DNA of 64,000 nt, taken from NCBI GenBank assembly GCA_965267575.1, contig OZ254086.1, positions 128,001 to 192,000 on the forward strand, read 5' to 3'. Position numbers and translations under genes: made by a program. Position 1 is the stretch's first letter; the number at the start of each line of letters is the position of its first letter. Below, one piece after another: positions 38,633-48,212 of the stretch. The notes below the pieces were generated by a model. It did no database searches. It worked only from the letters and a program-made list of their open reading frames with translations, and had not been told where the DNA came from. Source of the DNA: Calditrichales bacterium (GTDB lineage Bacteria; Calditrichota; Calditrichia; Calditrichales; J004).

Positions 38633-39946
38633 TTAAAGTTCCGGTACTCCCAGAAAACGGCATAAGTGCCCGGCAATATCCGTAATGGCGGTTAGTTTTT
38701 CTTGTGTGATTGCCGTATCGGCGGCGAGAAATGCATTGTCAAACGTGTGCATCCCGTTAAAAACGGACTTATCAAAGAGCGTCTCATGCCACAGGCTGCC
38801 TTTCAGGTCATAGCCGGGACGGGCCATAACAAAAAGATCAGCGATATCGGGGTGGGCAATGTCAGGTTTGCCCGCCAGCAGGCCGGGATAAACATCCGTG
38901 GCGCGTTTGACATCCGCTACTACTGCACGCCCCTGCGGATCCCGTAAAGTTTTAAGCTCTGCGGCAATACGATCGCACCACATGGTATATTGCGCCGCTG
39001 TAACGCTGCCACTTTTTTCGCGGCCCTGCAGATTTATAAAAACACGCCCGGGGTAGAGCGCATAGGCAATGCTTCGCGGATGAACGTCCTGCAGGGATTG
39101 CGGAACAGGCCGCGTGAAACGCAGCCAGCCTTTTTCCCAGAGCCAGCGGTTGAGATAGACTTCCTGTTTAAGGCTGCCAAAACCATGGTCGGACAGCAGC
39201 ATAAGCGCCACATCGTCATCCAGCGCATCCACAATTTCCCCGATCAGCCTATCCAGCCGTCCGTAAAACGAACGGTAAAGCGCCACGGCCTCAGGTAAGC
39301 CCTGTTCGTAATATTCGAAAGTAAAATGCTGCAACCGGTCTGGCTCCATAATATGGGCCATAAAAAGGTCCCATTTTTCCTGCCGCAAAAAATGCCGCAT
39401 AGTCTCAATACGTTTTTCCAGAACCTCCTTCAGGTCTGCGATAAACGCCTTGAGGTCGCTTTTGGCCAAAGATGTATCCGCGTCAATGCGGTAGCCTTGC
39501 GCCGCGAGATAATCACCTGCTTCAGGCGGCCAGGTGCCCGAGCGCACGTCGTCATGCAAAAAGCCGCAGATTGAGATACCATTGAGCGGTTTGGGCGGAT
39601 AGGTCACCGGTACGTTCATAACAAAAACCCGCTTCCCATGGCCGGAAAGGTGCTCGAAAATGGTGGCGGACTTCAGTTTGTCGGCCTGCGGCGTAAACCA
39701 TTCCATCGTCGCCGGGTCGCGCTCGGTGAAGCTGTAGATGCCGTGCTCATGGGGCAATTTGCCGGTCATAAAGCTGGCCCAGGCGCTGCTGGAAACGGGC
39801 GGCACAATGGAGTTTATAGCCTGCACATTAACGCCGTTTTGCTCCAGCCAGGCTGCAAAGCGGGGCATCCAGCCCCGGTTCAGCCACATTTGCAAATGGC
39901 TGCAGGGCACGCCGTCCAGGGCCAAAACAAACAATCGCTTTTTCAA
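38633..39946 (-). CDS. Alkaline phosphatase superfamily (type I phosphodiesterase/NPP-like) protein, cytoplasmic
   Basis: ALDG, PPVSSSAW..FMTG..P..HG, NVP.TYPP, DRLQH, SDHGF, GMH; no signal peptide. Confidence 0.88.
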   Translation of the reverse strand: MKKRLFVLALDGVPCSHLQMWLNRGWMPRFAAWLEQNGVNVQAINSIVPPVSSSAWASFMTGKLPHEHGIYSFTERDPATMEWFTPQADKLKSATIFEHLSGHGKRVFVMNVPVTYPPKPLNGISICGFLHDDVRSGTWPPEAGDYLAAQGYRIDADTSLAKSDLKAFIADLKEVLEKRIETMRHFLRQEKWDLFMAHIMEPDRLQHFTFEYYEQGLPEAVALYRSFYGRLDRLIGEIVDALDDDVALMLLSDHGFGSLKQEVYLNRWLWEKGWLRFTRPVPQSLQDVHPRSIAYALYPGRVFINLQGREKSGSVTAAQYTMWCDRIAAELKTLRDPQGRAVVADVKRATDVYPGLLAGKPDIAHPDIADLFVMARPGYDLKGSLWHETLFDKSVFNGMHTFDNAFLAADTAITQEKLTAITDIAGHLCRFLGVPEL

Positions 39947-41295
39947 AACAGTATGCTCCCGCTGAGATTTTGAGCCCCGTTTAAGCCCATGCGATTAAGC
40001 CACGTCGGCAGCAAATCATAAATCGATACTTCATCATGGAAGCCGGGCTTGATGGCCGCGCCGCGCTGCGCGAAGACACCATAAAAACTGTGGTTGGCAC
40101 CGTCCGGACCGGTATCGTTTTCCGTGGTAAAAAGCGACGCGCCAAAAGAAGCGGACGCCCGGATCGCCAGCTCATCGAAGTAAACAAACAGGTCCGGCGC
40201 GACGTCCCGCACGACGGGATAACGCTCCTGCGGCGTAAAGGCCTCCGTTGGGATATCCAGAGCTGTAAGGGCCTTTTTGATCTCAGCAATGAAAACAGGT
40301 GCCTGTTCGGCGGGAAGAATGCCTTTTGGCTCACGGTCGCGGATATTCAGGTAGATGCGCGCGTAGTAGCCGCCATCGGCCCAGGCCTTTGTGCGCGACC
40401 AATCGACGCGCTCGGCAAAGGGCGCGTCCCGCGGCACATCCCGCCTGAGAAAAAGCCAGCCCTTTTCTACCAGCCACTGATTTATGCGGAAAAGCTTTTT
40501 CATGGTCTGCGCGCCATGATCGCTGACGATGGCGATATCGCAATCGCTGCCGCCTAAGGCGATCAACCGTCCCACTTCTTCATCCAGGTAGCGGTAATAA
40601 TTGAGTACGGCGTTTTTATAGGGCGAACGCGGATCATAAAACGGGCTCTCCTGCGCCAAAAACTGCCAGAAGCCGTGCTGCAGACGATCCGGGCCAATCT
40701 CAACCAGCACAAACAGCTCCCAGGGGTAATTTTGCATCATGTGTCGCGCCAGGCGGAAGCGGGCATCGCTCATGCGGTAAATGCGCTGCAAAAGCTGCTT
40801 TTTATCCAGGTGCCGAAAACCGCTCACATCAAATTCATAGCTGGGGGCGATTGCTTTTATTCTGGCTGAAAGATTTCCGGGAAAAGTGGGGCCCTGCTCC
40901 GAGGATGCAAGAATGCCGCTGACCATATAGCCGTTCAGCGCTTTAGCCGGATAAGTCTGCGGCACGCCGATTACGATATTGCGCCGCCCGCTTCGCGAAG
41001 CTATTTCCCAGAGACGTGGCTCTTTAATAAAACGCGCATCGGCTACGGTCTTGTCCTCATAGCCAAAACCGCTGCGGTTGCGGAAACCGTACACGCCCAG
41101 TTCGCCAGGTGTCTTGCCGCTGAACATACAGCTCCAGGCAGGTACCGTAATGGGCGGGTCGCAGGAGCGCATGCGGGCACAATAGGCTTCACTAAAAAAC
41201 GAGGAAAGATGAGGAAGCTGGTCGCGCCAGCGGTCAAAAACGAGCGAGGGTTCAAGACAATCCAGACCAATTACGAGAAGTTTTTTCGCGCTCAT
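39943..41295 (-). CDS. Alkaline phosphatase superfamily (type I phosphodiesterase/NPP-like) protein, cytoplasmic
   Basis: GLDC, PPITVPAW..MFSG..PG.LG.YGFR, VP.TYP, DRLQH, SDHGA, DGANH; no signal peptide. Confidence 0.88.
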   Translation of the reverse strand: MSAKKLLVIGLDCLEPSLVFDRWRDQLPHLSSFFSEAYCARMRSCDPPITVPAWSCMFSGKTPGELGVYGFRNRSGFGYEDKTVADARFIKEPRLWEIASRSGRRNIVIGVPQTYPAKALNGYMVSGILASSEQGPTFPGNLSARIKAIAPSYEFDVSGFRHLDKKQLLQRIYRMSDARFRLARHMMQNYPWELFVLVEIGPDRLQHGFWQFLAQESPFYDPRSPYKNAVLNYYRYLDEEVGRLIALGGSDCDIAIVSDHGAQTMKKLFRINQWLVEKGWLFLRRDVPRDAPFAERVDWSRTKAWADGGYYARIYLNIRDREPKGILPAEQAPVFIAEIKKALTALDIPTEAFTPQERYPVVRDVAPDLFVYFDELAIRASASFGASLFTTENDTGPDGANHSFYGVFAQRGAAIKPGFHDEVSIYDLLPTWLNRMGLNGAQNLSGSILF

Positions 41296-42152
41296 TGCCT
41301 TTTGTTTAAAGCGTTTTTGAGGGAAATAAGGACATCGTCCGGCACCTGCAGGCGGCCCTTGCCGCTGCCTATTTCCACGTCGGGCTTTACCGTTCCGTGA
41401 AAATCCGAACCGCCGGAAACGACCATACCATGGCGGCGGGCGACATTAAGCAAAAAGTTTGTAAAATTGCGCGTATGCCCGGAGTAGTAAGCCTCAACGC
41501 CATCCATGCCCATTTCACGCATTTCGCGGATGTGGGCTTCGCAATCTTTATAGCGGCGGTGTTTCAGGCTCACCGGGTGGGCCAGAATAGCCAGGCCGCC
41601 GGCCTCATGAATAAGGTCTATGGCTTGTTGCAGTTTCAGCTTTTTTTTGGCGACATAACCGGGCCGCCCTTTGGAGAGCCATTTATGAAAAGCGTCCCAG
41701 ACATTGCTAACAACGCCTTTTTCAATCAGCAGACGCGCGATGTGCGGTCTTCCTGCGCTGCCGGGGCCTATCACCCTCTCCAGTTCTTCGCGGGAAATAT
41801 CAATGCCTTCGGAACGCAGGCGGTCGCTGATATCAAATACACGCTTTTGCCTTGCTTCGCGCAGCTCGCTCAGTGTTTCATTTAACCTGTCGTTTTCCAC
41901 ATCAAGAAAAAGACCCAGCATGTGCAGGTGCGCGCTGCCCGGCATCGGCTCGTCAATGCTGAACTCGCAGCCAGGCACCAACTCGATGAATTTGCTTTTT
42001 GCCGCTTTCAGGGCCGGTCTGTTGCCGGCGATTTCATCGTGGTCGGTCAGGGCGATCGCTTTAAGTTTGTTGTTTGCCGCATGGGTAACAAGTTCTTCCG
42101 GCGTCATGGTGCCGTCGGAAAAGGTGCTGTGCGTATGAAGATCTACGGACAC
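41292..42152 (-). CDS. PHP domain phosphoesterase (YciV/TrpH-like)
   Basis: DLHTHSTFSDG, TDHD, GRPHIA, LAHP, GGSDFHG. Confidence 0.9.
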   Translation of the reverse strand: MSVDLHTHSTFSDGTMTPEELVTHAANNKLKAIALTDHDEIAGNRPALKAAKSKFIELVPGCEFSIDEPMPGSAHLHMLGLFLDVENDRLNETLSELREARQKRVFDISDRLRSEGIDISREELERVIGPGSAGRPHIARLLIEKGVVSNVWDAFHKWLSKGRPGYVAKKKLKLQQAIDLIHEAGGLAILAHPVSLKHRRYKDCEAHIREMREMGMDGVEAYYSGHTRNFTNFLLNVARRHGMVVSGGSDFHGTVKPDVEIGSGKGRLQVPDDVLISLKNALNKRQ

Positions 42153-42340
42153 TAAAAATAACCCAGGTCTTTCAGGCGGTCGTTGATATCCTGGTCGTCC
42201 GTGTTGCGGCCGGTTTCTTCCTGCGCCCTTAGATAATCTTGCAGTATAAATCGCAACAGTTCATCAAGATCGCTGAAGCTGCTTTTTTCCAGATGCTGTT
42301 GCAGGCGTTGGACGAGATTTTCATCTATTTCGATCGTCAT
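42152..42340 (-). CDS. Small CopG/ribbon-helix-helix-like protein with C-terminal RLKDLGYF tail
   Basis: MTIEIDENLVQRL...FSDLDELLRFIL pattern; GAGGGAG RBS; stop overlaps the PHP start. Confidence 0.75.
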   Translation of the reverse strand: MTIEIDENLVQRLQQHLEKSSFSDLDELLRFILQDYLRAQEETGRNTDDQDINDRLKDLGYF

Positions 42341-42351
42341 CTGTCTCCCTC

Positions 42352-42382
42352 AAACAAAAAAGGCGGAACATGTCCGCCTTTT
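42352..42382 (-). terminator. Intrinsic terminator between wbpA and the RHH-PHP-AlkP unit
   Basis: AAAAGGCGGA/TCCGCCTTTT stem with a T-tract on the minus strand, immediately before the next RBS. Confidence 0.7.
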
Positions 42383-42400
42383 CTGTAAGCAATTTAATGT

Positions 42401-43711
42401 TTACGCTTTTACGATCTTGTCGCGGTTTTCCGTAACATTTTCGGTTGCGTTGCGCGTATCAACGATGAGCCTGGCATGCTTGACAATAAAATCCCACTCA
42501 TAAGCGGAGTGATCCGTCGAGATCAGCACGCAATCGTATGAGGCCAGGTTTTCCGGCGTCAGTTCAACGCTTTTACGCTTGATATCATAATGGCGCATGC
42601 TGGGCAATTCGGGCACAAAAGGATCGTTATAATCAACAACGGCGCCTTTGTCCAGCATGATCTCCATCAGCTTGAACGAAGGTGATTCGCGCGGATCATC
42701 AATATCCTTTTTATAGGCCGCGCCCAGAACAAGCACGTTGCTGCCCTTAAGGCTTTTGCCATGCTCATTAAGCGCGTCCATCACTTTGTTGACCACCCAG
42801 AACGGCATGGAGGTGTTTACCTCACCGGCCAATTCAATAAAACGGGTATTCATTTCATATTCACGCGCTTTCCAGGTCAGGTAAAACGGATCGATCGGAA
42901 TACAGTGACCGCCCAATCCCGGGCCCGGATAAAACGGCATGTAGCCAAAAGGCTTGGTCTTAGCCGCGTTGATCACTTCCCACACATCGATGCCCATGCG
43001 GTCCAGGATCATTTTCATTTCGTTTACCAGGGCGATGTTCACGCTGCGGAAAATATTCTCAAGCAGCTTTGTCGCCTCGGCAGCCTGGCTGCTGGAAACC
43101 GGTACGGTCTGAACGATAACCTGGTTGTAAAGCGCCACAACAAGCTGACGGGCATATTCCGTATTGGCGCCAACCACTTTGGGAATCGTACGCGTGTTGA
43201 AATTGGGGTTATTGGGATCTTCACGCTCGGGCGAAAAAGCCACCCAGAAATCGGTGTCCGCTTTCAGGCCCGATTCTTCCAGGATCGGTTTAAGCACCTC
43301 TTCGGTGGTTCCGGGATAGGTGCTGCTTTCCAGAACGATGAGCTGGCCTTTGCGAATGTTGGGCGCGAGCGTTTTTGCCGTATTGATGATATAGGACATA
43401 TCCGGCTCACGATGCTTTGTGAGCGGTGTCGGCACGGCGATCAAAATGCAATCCGCTTCTTTAATGCGGGTAAAATCGGCCGTTGCTTCAAAAATTTTTG
43501 TGTCGCGCACAGCCTGCACACGCTTTTCATTGATGTGCTTGATGTAGGACCTGCCGTTGTTGAGCAAATCCACCTTGCGCTGGTCAATATCGAATCCAAT
43601 CGTTTTAAAGCCCTGCTCCACAAACTCCATCAGCAGGGGCAATCCAACATAACCAAGTCCAACAACACCAACTATGGCCTTCTTGTCCTCGATATGCTTT
43701 ACTAAATCCAT
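42401..43711 (-). CDS. wbpA: UDP-N-acetylglucosamine 6-dehydrogenase (WbpA-like nucleotide sugar dehydrogenase)
   Basis: GLGYVGLPL, ESSTYPGTT, SPEREDP, GGHCIPIDP, D.RESP. Confidence 0.88.
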   Translation of the reverse strand: MDLVKHIEDKKAIVGVVGLGYVGLPLLMEFVEQGFKTIGFDIDQRKVDLLNNGRSYIKHINEKRVQAVRDTKIFEATADFTRIKEADCILIAVPTPLTKHREPDMSYIINTAKTLAPNIRKGQLIVLESSTYPGTTEEVLKPILEESGLKADTDFWVAFSPEREDPNNPNFNTRTIPKVVGANTEYARQLVVALYNQVIVQTVPVSSSQAAEATKLLENIFRSVNIALVNEMKMILDRMGIDVWEVINAAKTKPFGYMPFYPGPGLGGHCIPIDPFYLTWKAREYEMNTRFIELAGEVNTSMPFWVVNKVMDALNEHGKSLKGSNVLVLGAAYKKDIDDPRESPSFKLMEIMLDKGAVVDYNDPFVPELPSMRHYDIKRKSVELTPENLASYDCVLISTDHSAYEWDFIVKHARLIVDTRNATENVTENRDKIVKA

Positions 43712-43729
43712 TTTTCCTCCGGAAAGTTT

Positions 43730-45055
43730 TTAATTTTTATTGTTCGGTCTGCCAATGGAGAAATAATCCAGACCATATTTTTGCATGCGTTTGGTATCGT
43801 AAATATTACGGCCGTCAAAAATGGCCGGTGATTTCAATGTTTCCTTGATCAGGAAGAAATCGGGCTCGCGGAATTCGTTCCACTCGGTCATGATGACCAG
43901 CGCGTCGGCACCTTCAAGGGCGTCATAACGCTTGTCGTGAAGCGTAAGGCCGTTATTGATACGATCGCCTAGAACGCGTTTCGCTTCATTCATCGCTTCG
44001 GGGTCGTGCGCCTGCACTTTTGCTCCGGCGGCATTCAGCGATTTGATCATCTCAATGGCCGGTGCTTCGCGCATGTCGTCTGTTTTCGGCTTAAAGGAAA
44101 GACCCCACATGGCGATCGTTTTGCCTTTCAGATCACCTTTGAAATATTTCTTGATGTCATTGAACAATACGGTTTTCTGCTCTGCATTAACCTCTTCGAC
44201 GGCCTTGAGAATGCGGAAATCCATATCATACTCGGACGCCGTCTTAATAATCGCTTTTACATCTTTGGGGAAGCAGGAACCGCCGTAACCGGTACCGGGA
44301 AAAATAAAGTATGGCCCGATACGCACATCGGAACCGATGCCCTTACGCACCCAGTCCACGTTGGCGCCCACGCGGTTACACAGGTTGGCAATTTCGTTTA
44401 TAAAGGAAATCTTGGTGGCCAGAAGCGCATTGGCAGCATATTTGGTAAGCTCGGCACTGCGCTCATCCATTACAATAATGGGTTTGCCGGTGCGCACAAA
44501 AGGCGCGTACAGATTGCGCATAATCTCGGCGGCTTCTTCATTGCTTGTGCCGATAACCACGCGGTCCGGCTTCATGAAATCGGCGATAGCGGCACCTTCT
44601 TTTAAAAACTCGGGATTGGAAACAACCGCGAAATCATGATCGGTGTGCTTTTGGATTTCCGCTTGAACTTTGTCCGCGGTACCAACGGGCACGGTGCTTT
44701 TATCCACCACGACCTTAAAACCGTTCATGTGCTTTCCGATATCACGGGCCACGGCGAGAACGTGCTTCAAATCGGCGGAGCCGTCTTCATCGGGGGGTGT
44801 GCCCACAGCGATAAAAATAATCTGTGATTTTTGCACTGAACTGGCGATATCCGTGGTGAAGGTAAGGCGCTCCTCGCGTGCATTGCGTTTAATCATCTCT
44901 TCCAGGCCGGGTTCATATATCGGTACTTCCCCGCGCTTGAGCATATCTATCTTGTTTTGGTCTATATCGACGCAAACAACTTCATTACCGGTGTCGGCAA
45001 AACAGGTGCCGGCGACGAGTCCAACGTAGCCGGTTCCAACAACCGCGACTTTCAT
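43730..45055 (-). CDS. ugd: UDP-glucose 6-dehydrogenase
   Basis: [46 protein letters not shown]. Confidence 0.95.
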   Translation of the reverse strand: MKVAVVGTGYVGLVAGTCFADTGNEVVCVDIDQNKIDMLKRGEVPIYEPGLEEMIKRNAREERLTFTTDIASSVQKSQIIFIAVGTPPDEDGSADLKHVLAVARDIGKHMNGFKVVVDKSTVPVGTADKVQAEIQKHTDHDFAVVSNPEFLKEGAAIADFMKPDRVVIGTSNEEAAEIMRNLYAPFVRTGKPIIVMDERSAELTKYAANALLATKISFINEIANLCNRVGANVDWVRKGIGSDVRIGPYFIFPGTGYGGSCFPKDVKAIIKTASEYDMDFRILKAVEEVNAEQKTVLFNDIKKYFKGDLKGKTIAMWGLSFKPKTDDMREAPAIEMIKSLNAAGAKVQAHDPEAMNEAKRVLGDRINNGLTLHDKRYDALEGADALVIMTEWNEFREPDFFLIKETLKSPAIFDGRNIYDTKRMQKYGLDYFSIGRPNNKN

Positions 45056-45086
45056 TAGCTAACTCCTTGCTATATCGGTTAAAGTT

Positions 45087-47363
45087 TTAATAAGCCCGCG
45101 CCCTGCTTTTTTTACCGGGACGCGAATAGTAATTGTGGTAGTAATAGTAGTAGTACGATCCATACATACCGCCAACTTCCACGTTATTTAACAAAGCTCC
45201 AATAATACGGGCATCCACATTATCTAAAAGTGATTTAGCGCGCAGTACAGCGTCATAATTGGTTTGATTAGCTGAGACGACCAATATGGTGCCGTCTACC
45301 CTCGTGGAAATAATCGCCGCGTCGGTCACCGCGATAATCGGCGGCGTATCGAGAATCACCATATCGTATTCTTTTCGCAAGCGCGCCAGCAGGTCCTGCA
45401 TCTGCTTGCTGGATAGCAGTTCCGACGGGTTGGGCGGCAACACGCCGCTGGGTACCACGTCAAGGTTTTCGATGATCGTCTTTTTGATCATTTTTTCGAA
45501 AGGAATATCGCTGAGCAGGTAATTTGTAAGCCCTTCGTCTTTTTCCATACCAAAGATGGAATGGACCACGGGGCGGCGCAGGTCGGCATCGACCAGGACA
45601 ACTTTTTTGCCGCTTTGCGCATTGGCGATTGCCAGGTTTGCCGAAGTGGTCGATTTACCTTCCTTTGGGCCCGAACTGGTAACAATAATGCTGCGAATAT
45701 CATGCTGCACTTTGCTGAACTGCAGGTTGGTGCGCAATGTGCGATAGGCTTCGGAGACCGGCGATTTTGGGTCGAGGTGCGTGATAAGCCGTGCTTCTAT
45801 GCGCTTGCCTTCGATGGGACCAAGCTTGCTGAGACGGCTTTCCAGCTTCTGCTCCATTTTGGACATCTCGATCCTGGGAATACTGGCAAGGATGTTGAAA
45901 CCCAGCATTTCCATATCTTCATGGGATTTAATCGTGTTGTCAAAGTATTCCCGCAAAAAGGTGATGCCAACACCCAGGCCCAGACCAAGCACCATACCCA
46001 GGGCCAGATTCAACCGCTTGTTCGGTTTGGTTGGCTGCAGCGGCTCAATCGCTTCATCCACAATACGCACATCGCGCGGACGGCCGGCTTCCTGGATTTT
46101 GGTTTCCTCCAGTTTCTTGGTCATCATAATATAGGTCTGCTCATCTACTTCGCGGCGGCGCTGCAGGCGGGCCAGTTCCAGCACTTTCTCCGGCAGCGTC
46201 TGCAGTTGATTGTCATACTGACTGACCACTTCCTGCAGGGCGTTTATCTTGGCTGTCGATGCCTTGATTTCCGCATCTACCGTTAAAAGCCGGGTGACAA
46301 GTTGTTGTGAGAATTCCCAGGGATCGCTCACCAGGCTGGACTGTGAGATTTTCTTGGCTTCTTCGGTCAGCTTTGCCCGCAATGAATTAATCTTATCATC
46401 ATAGGTCTTAATATTTCGCTGGAAGAACTGGCGGTTTACGCCTTCCGGCTGCGATTCGATTGCCGTGATATACTTTGTTTTTTCGGCCACCGCTGAAGCC
46501 AGCTCGGCCTGCAGGGTTTCCAGATAAGGCGTGGAAATTTCCGGCATTTCCGTAGCAATGGTTTCGCGCCGCTCGGCAAGCTGCTTTTCCAGGGATGTCT
46601 TCAGTTCCTGGTTGGCTTCCAGCGTTACCTGCGCCTCCTGCAATTGTGCTTCCACGGTAGAAAGACGCGTTACAAGCTCGGATGTCTCTTCATCCAGACT
46701 GGCCACGCGTTCCTGTTCCTGGTAATCGCGCAACAACTCTTCGGATGCCCGTAGCTCTTCGCCCTTTTTGCGCAGCTGATCTTCCAGGAATGAGCGCAGG
46801 TCCGAAATCTCACCACGGTTGAATTCGGCGCTGCTGTTGCTGAATTCCTCAGCCACGGTATTCACGATATATGCAGCCTCAAACGGGCTGGGAGCCGAAT
46901 AGGTAATCTCAATGATATCCGTATCTTTTTTATTGACCACCTCCAGGTTCCCGCGGATGCTGTTCACCATGGCGCGCATGGTCATATATTCACCGTCATC
47001 GTTGGGCTGGAACAGGGCCAGCGAATCGCGCACATCGGAAAGCTCCAGGCGGCGCACAACACGTTCGGCCAGCGACCGGCTTTTGATGATCTCAATCTGG
47101 TTGGATATGTGGGTATTTTGGTTGCTGAATGTGTTGAAGTCGAACAGCGTACGTTCCATGGCTCCGCTACGATCAATAATTATTGAATTGGAAGCGGTAT
47201 AGACAGGACTGGTGGTGAAGGTATAATACACCGTTGCCGTAAAAACAGCCAGGAAAGCAAACAGAATAATCCAGCGGCCCCGGTAAAGTATGCGGATATA
47301 ATCTGTTACGGTAACATTCCGCTCAGGGGCTTGTCCCATTAAGGGATTGCCATTTTGATTCAC
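45087..47363 (-). CDS. wzc: Polysaccharide co-polymerase / tyrosine autokinase (Wzc/GumC)
   Basis: Two TMs flanking a coiled coil; EAYRTLRTN, GPKEGKST, DADLRRP, DTPP; C-terminal Tyr cluster YYYYYYHNYY. Confidence 0.95.
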   Translation of the reverse strand: MNQNGNPLMGQAPERNVTVTDYIRILYRGRWIILFAFLAVFTATVYYTFTTSPVYTASNSIIIDRSGAMERTLFDFNTFSNQNTHISNQIEIIKSRSLAERVVRRLELSDVRDSLALFQPNDDGEYMTMRAMVNSIRGNLEVVNKKDTDIIEITYSAPSPFEAAYIVNTVAEEFSNSSAEFNRGEISDLRSFLEDQLRKKGEELRASEELLRDYQEQERVASLDEETSELVTRLSTVEAQLQEAQVTLEANQELKTSLEKQLAERRETIATEMPEISTPYLETLQAELASAVAEKTKYITAIESQPEGVNRQFFQRNIKTYDDKINSLRAKLTEEAKKISQSSLVSDPWEFSQQLVTRLLTVDAEIKASTAKINALQEVVSQYDNQLQTLPEKVLELARLQRRREVDEQTYIMMTKKLEETKIQEAGRPRDVRIVDEAIEPLQPTKPNKRLNLALGMVLGLGLGVGITFLREYFDNTIKSHEDMEMLGFNILASIPRIEMSKMEQKLESRLSKLGPIEGKRIEARLITHLDPKSPVSEAYRTLRTNLQFSKVQHDIRSIIVTSSGPKEGKSTTSANLAIANAQSGKKVVLVDADLRRPVVHSIFGMEKDEGLTNYLLSDIPFEKMIKKTIIENLDVVPSGVLPPNPSELLSSKQMQDLLARLRKEYDMVILDTPPIIAVTDAAIISTRVDGTILVVSANQTNYDAVLRAKSLLDNVDARIIGALLNNVEVGGMYGSYYYYYYHNYYSRPGKKSRARAY

Positions 47364-47489
47364 GGGATAATAACTCCTATTTCCTTAAAAAAAGCAGGTT
47401 TTTTAACAAGCAAGATTGCACTTTCGGTATCTTTTATAAAATCCTAAATTAAGCAATTTCTTTTGTTGGGGTAAATAAAATTCGGGCGG

Positions 47490-48122
47490 CTATTGACGCA
47501 TATCAACAACCTGCACGCCTTCTTCCGGCTGAAAGGTGAACATGCTGTCATCCAGTTTCTTCTTGCTGTCCAGGTCCTTTATTTCGTAAGTGGTCGTGTT
47601 GCCGTTCAGGTCGGTCACCTCGATTTTGTGAATAAGCCATTCGTCGTCGTCCACCCACAGCTTCATGCTCTTTACAAAACCGTGCACGTTTTCGCGGGGG
47701 TCAAGCTTTACCTCATACATCTTTTTATTGTCGATTGTCTCACTGCCGATAAGGGTGGAGTAGTACTCTTTCGGGTAGACAAACAGCATATCACGGGGCA
47801 ATAGCGCGCCGGAATTCTTACGCACGTTGTCTATGATCAGCTGATTGGAAATGCGGTTATAGGTCCATACCGTTTTACCGTTGGTTACCACAACCTGGTC
47901 ATCGGATTCAAAACGATAGCTGGTGCCGTCCTTAACATAAATTTTACCTGCCGTCTCGTTGCGGCTACCGGTCAGTTTGAATGTTTCCACCTGACGGAAG
48001 GTGGCAGTAAGGTTATCCATATCTTCGTAGGTTTCCTGCACCTCTTCGATGATATCTTCAATGTCTTGCGCCAGCAGCGGCAAAGCCGATACAAGCAGTA
48101 ACGCAATCATATATTTTAACAT
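47490..48122 (-). CDS. lolA: Outer membrane lipoprotein carrier protein LolA
   Basis: Signal peptide; ATFRQ...G.....G...RFE..DQVVVTNGKTVWTY; lies downstream of ftsK; AGAGGA RBS. Confidence 0.85.
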   Translation of the reverse strand: MLKYMIALLLVSALPLLAQDIEDIIEEVQETYEDMDNLTATFRQVETFKLTGSRNETAGKIYVKDGTSYRFESDDQVVVTNGKTVWTYNRISNQLIIDNVRKNSGALLPRDMLFVYPKEYYSTLIGSETIDNKKMYEVKLDPRENVHGFVKSMKLWVDDDEWLIHKIEVTDLNGNTTTYEIKDLDSKKKLDDSMFTFQPEEGVQVVDMRQ

Positions 48123-48212
48123 GATTTTTCCTCTGTTTGTCAATTTTCAGGATAGGCCGGAACAGTCCGGCAGGTGTAAGCAAAACGATATTTAAGTGAT
48201 AGTGTTCCGGGG

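Noticed and set aside
38633-41295. Formylglycine-dependent sulfatases
   Set aside because: No C/S-x-P-x-R motif; nucleophile region is NPP/phosphodiesterase-like.
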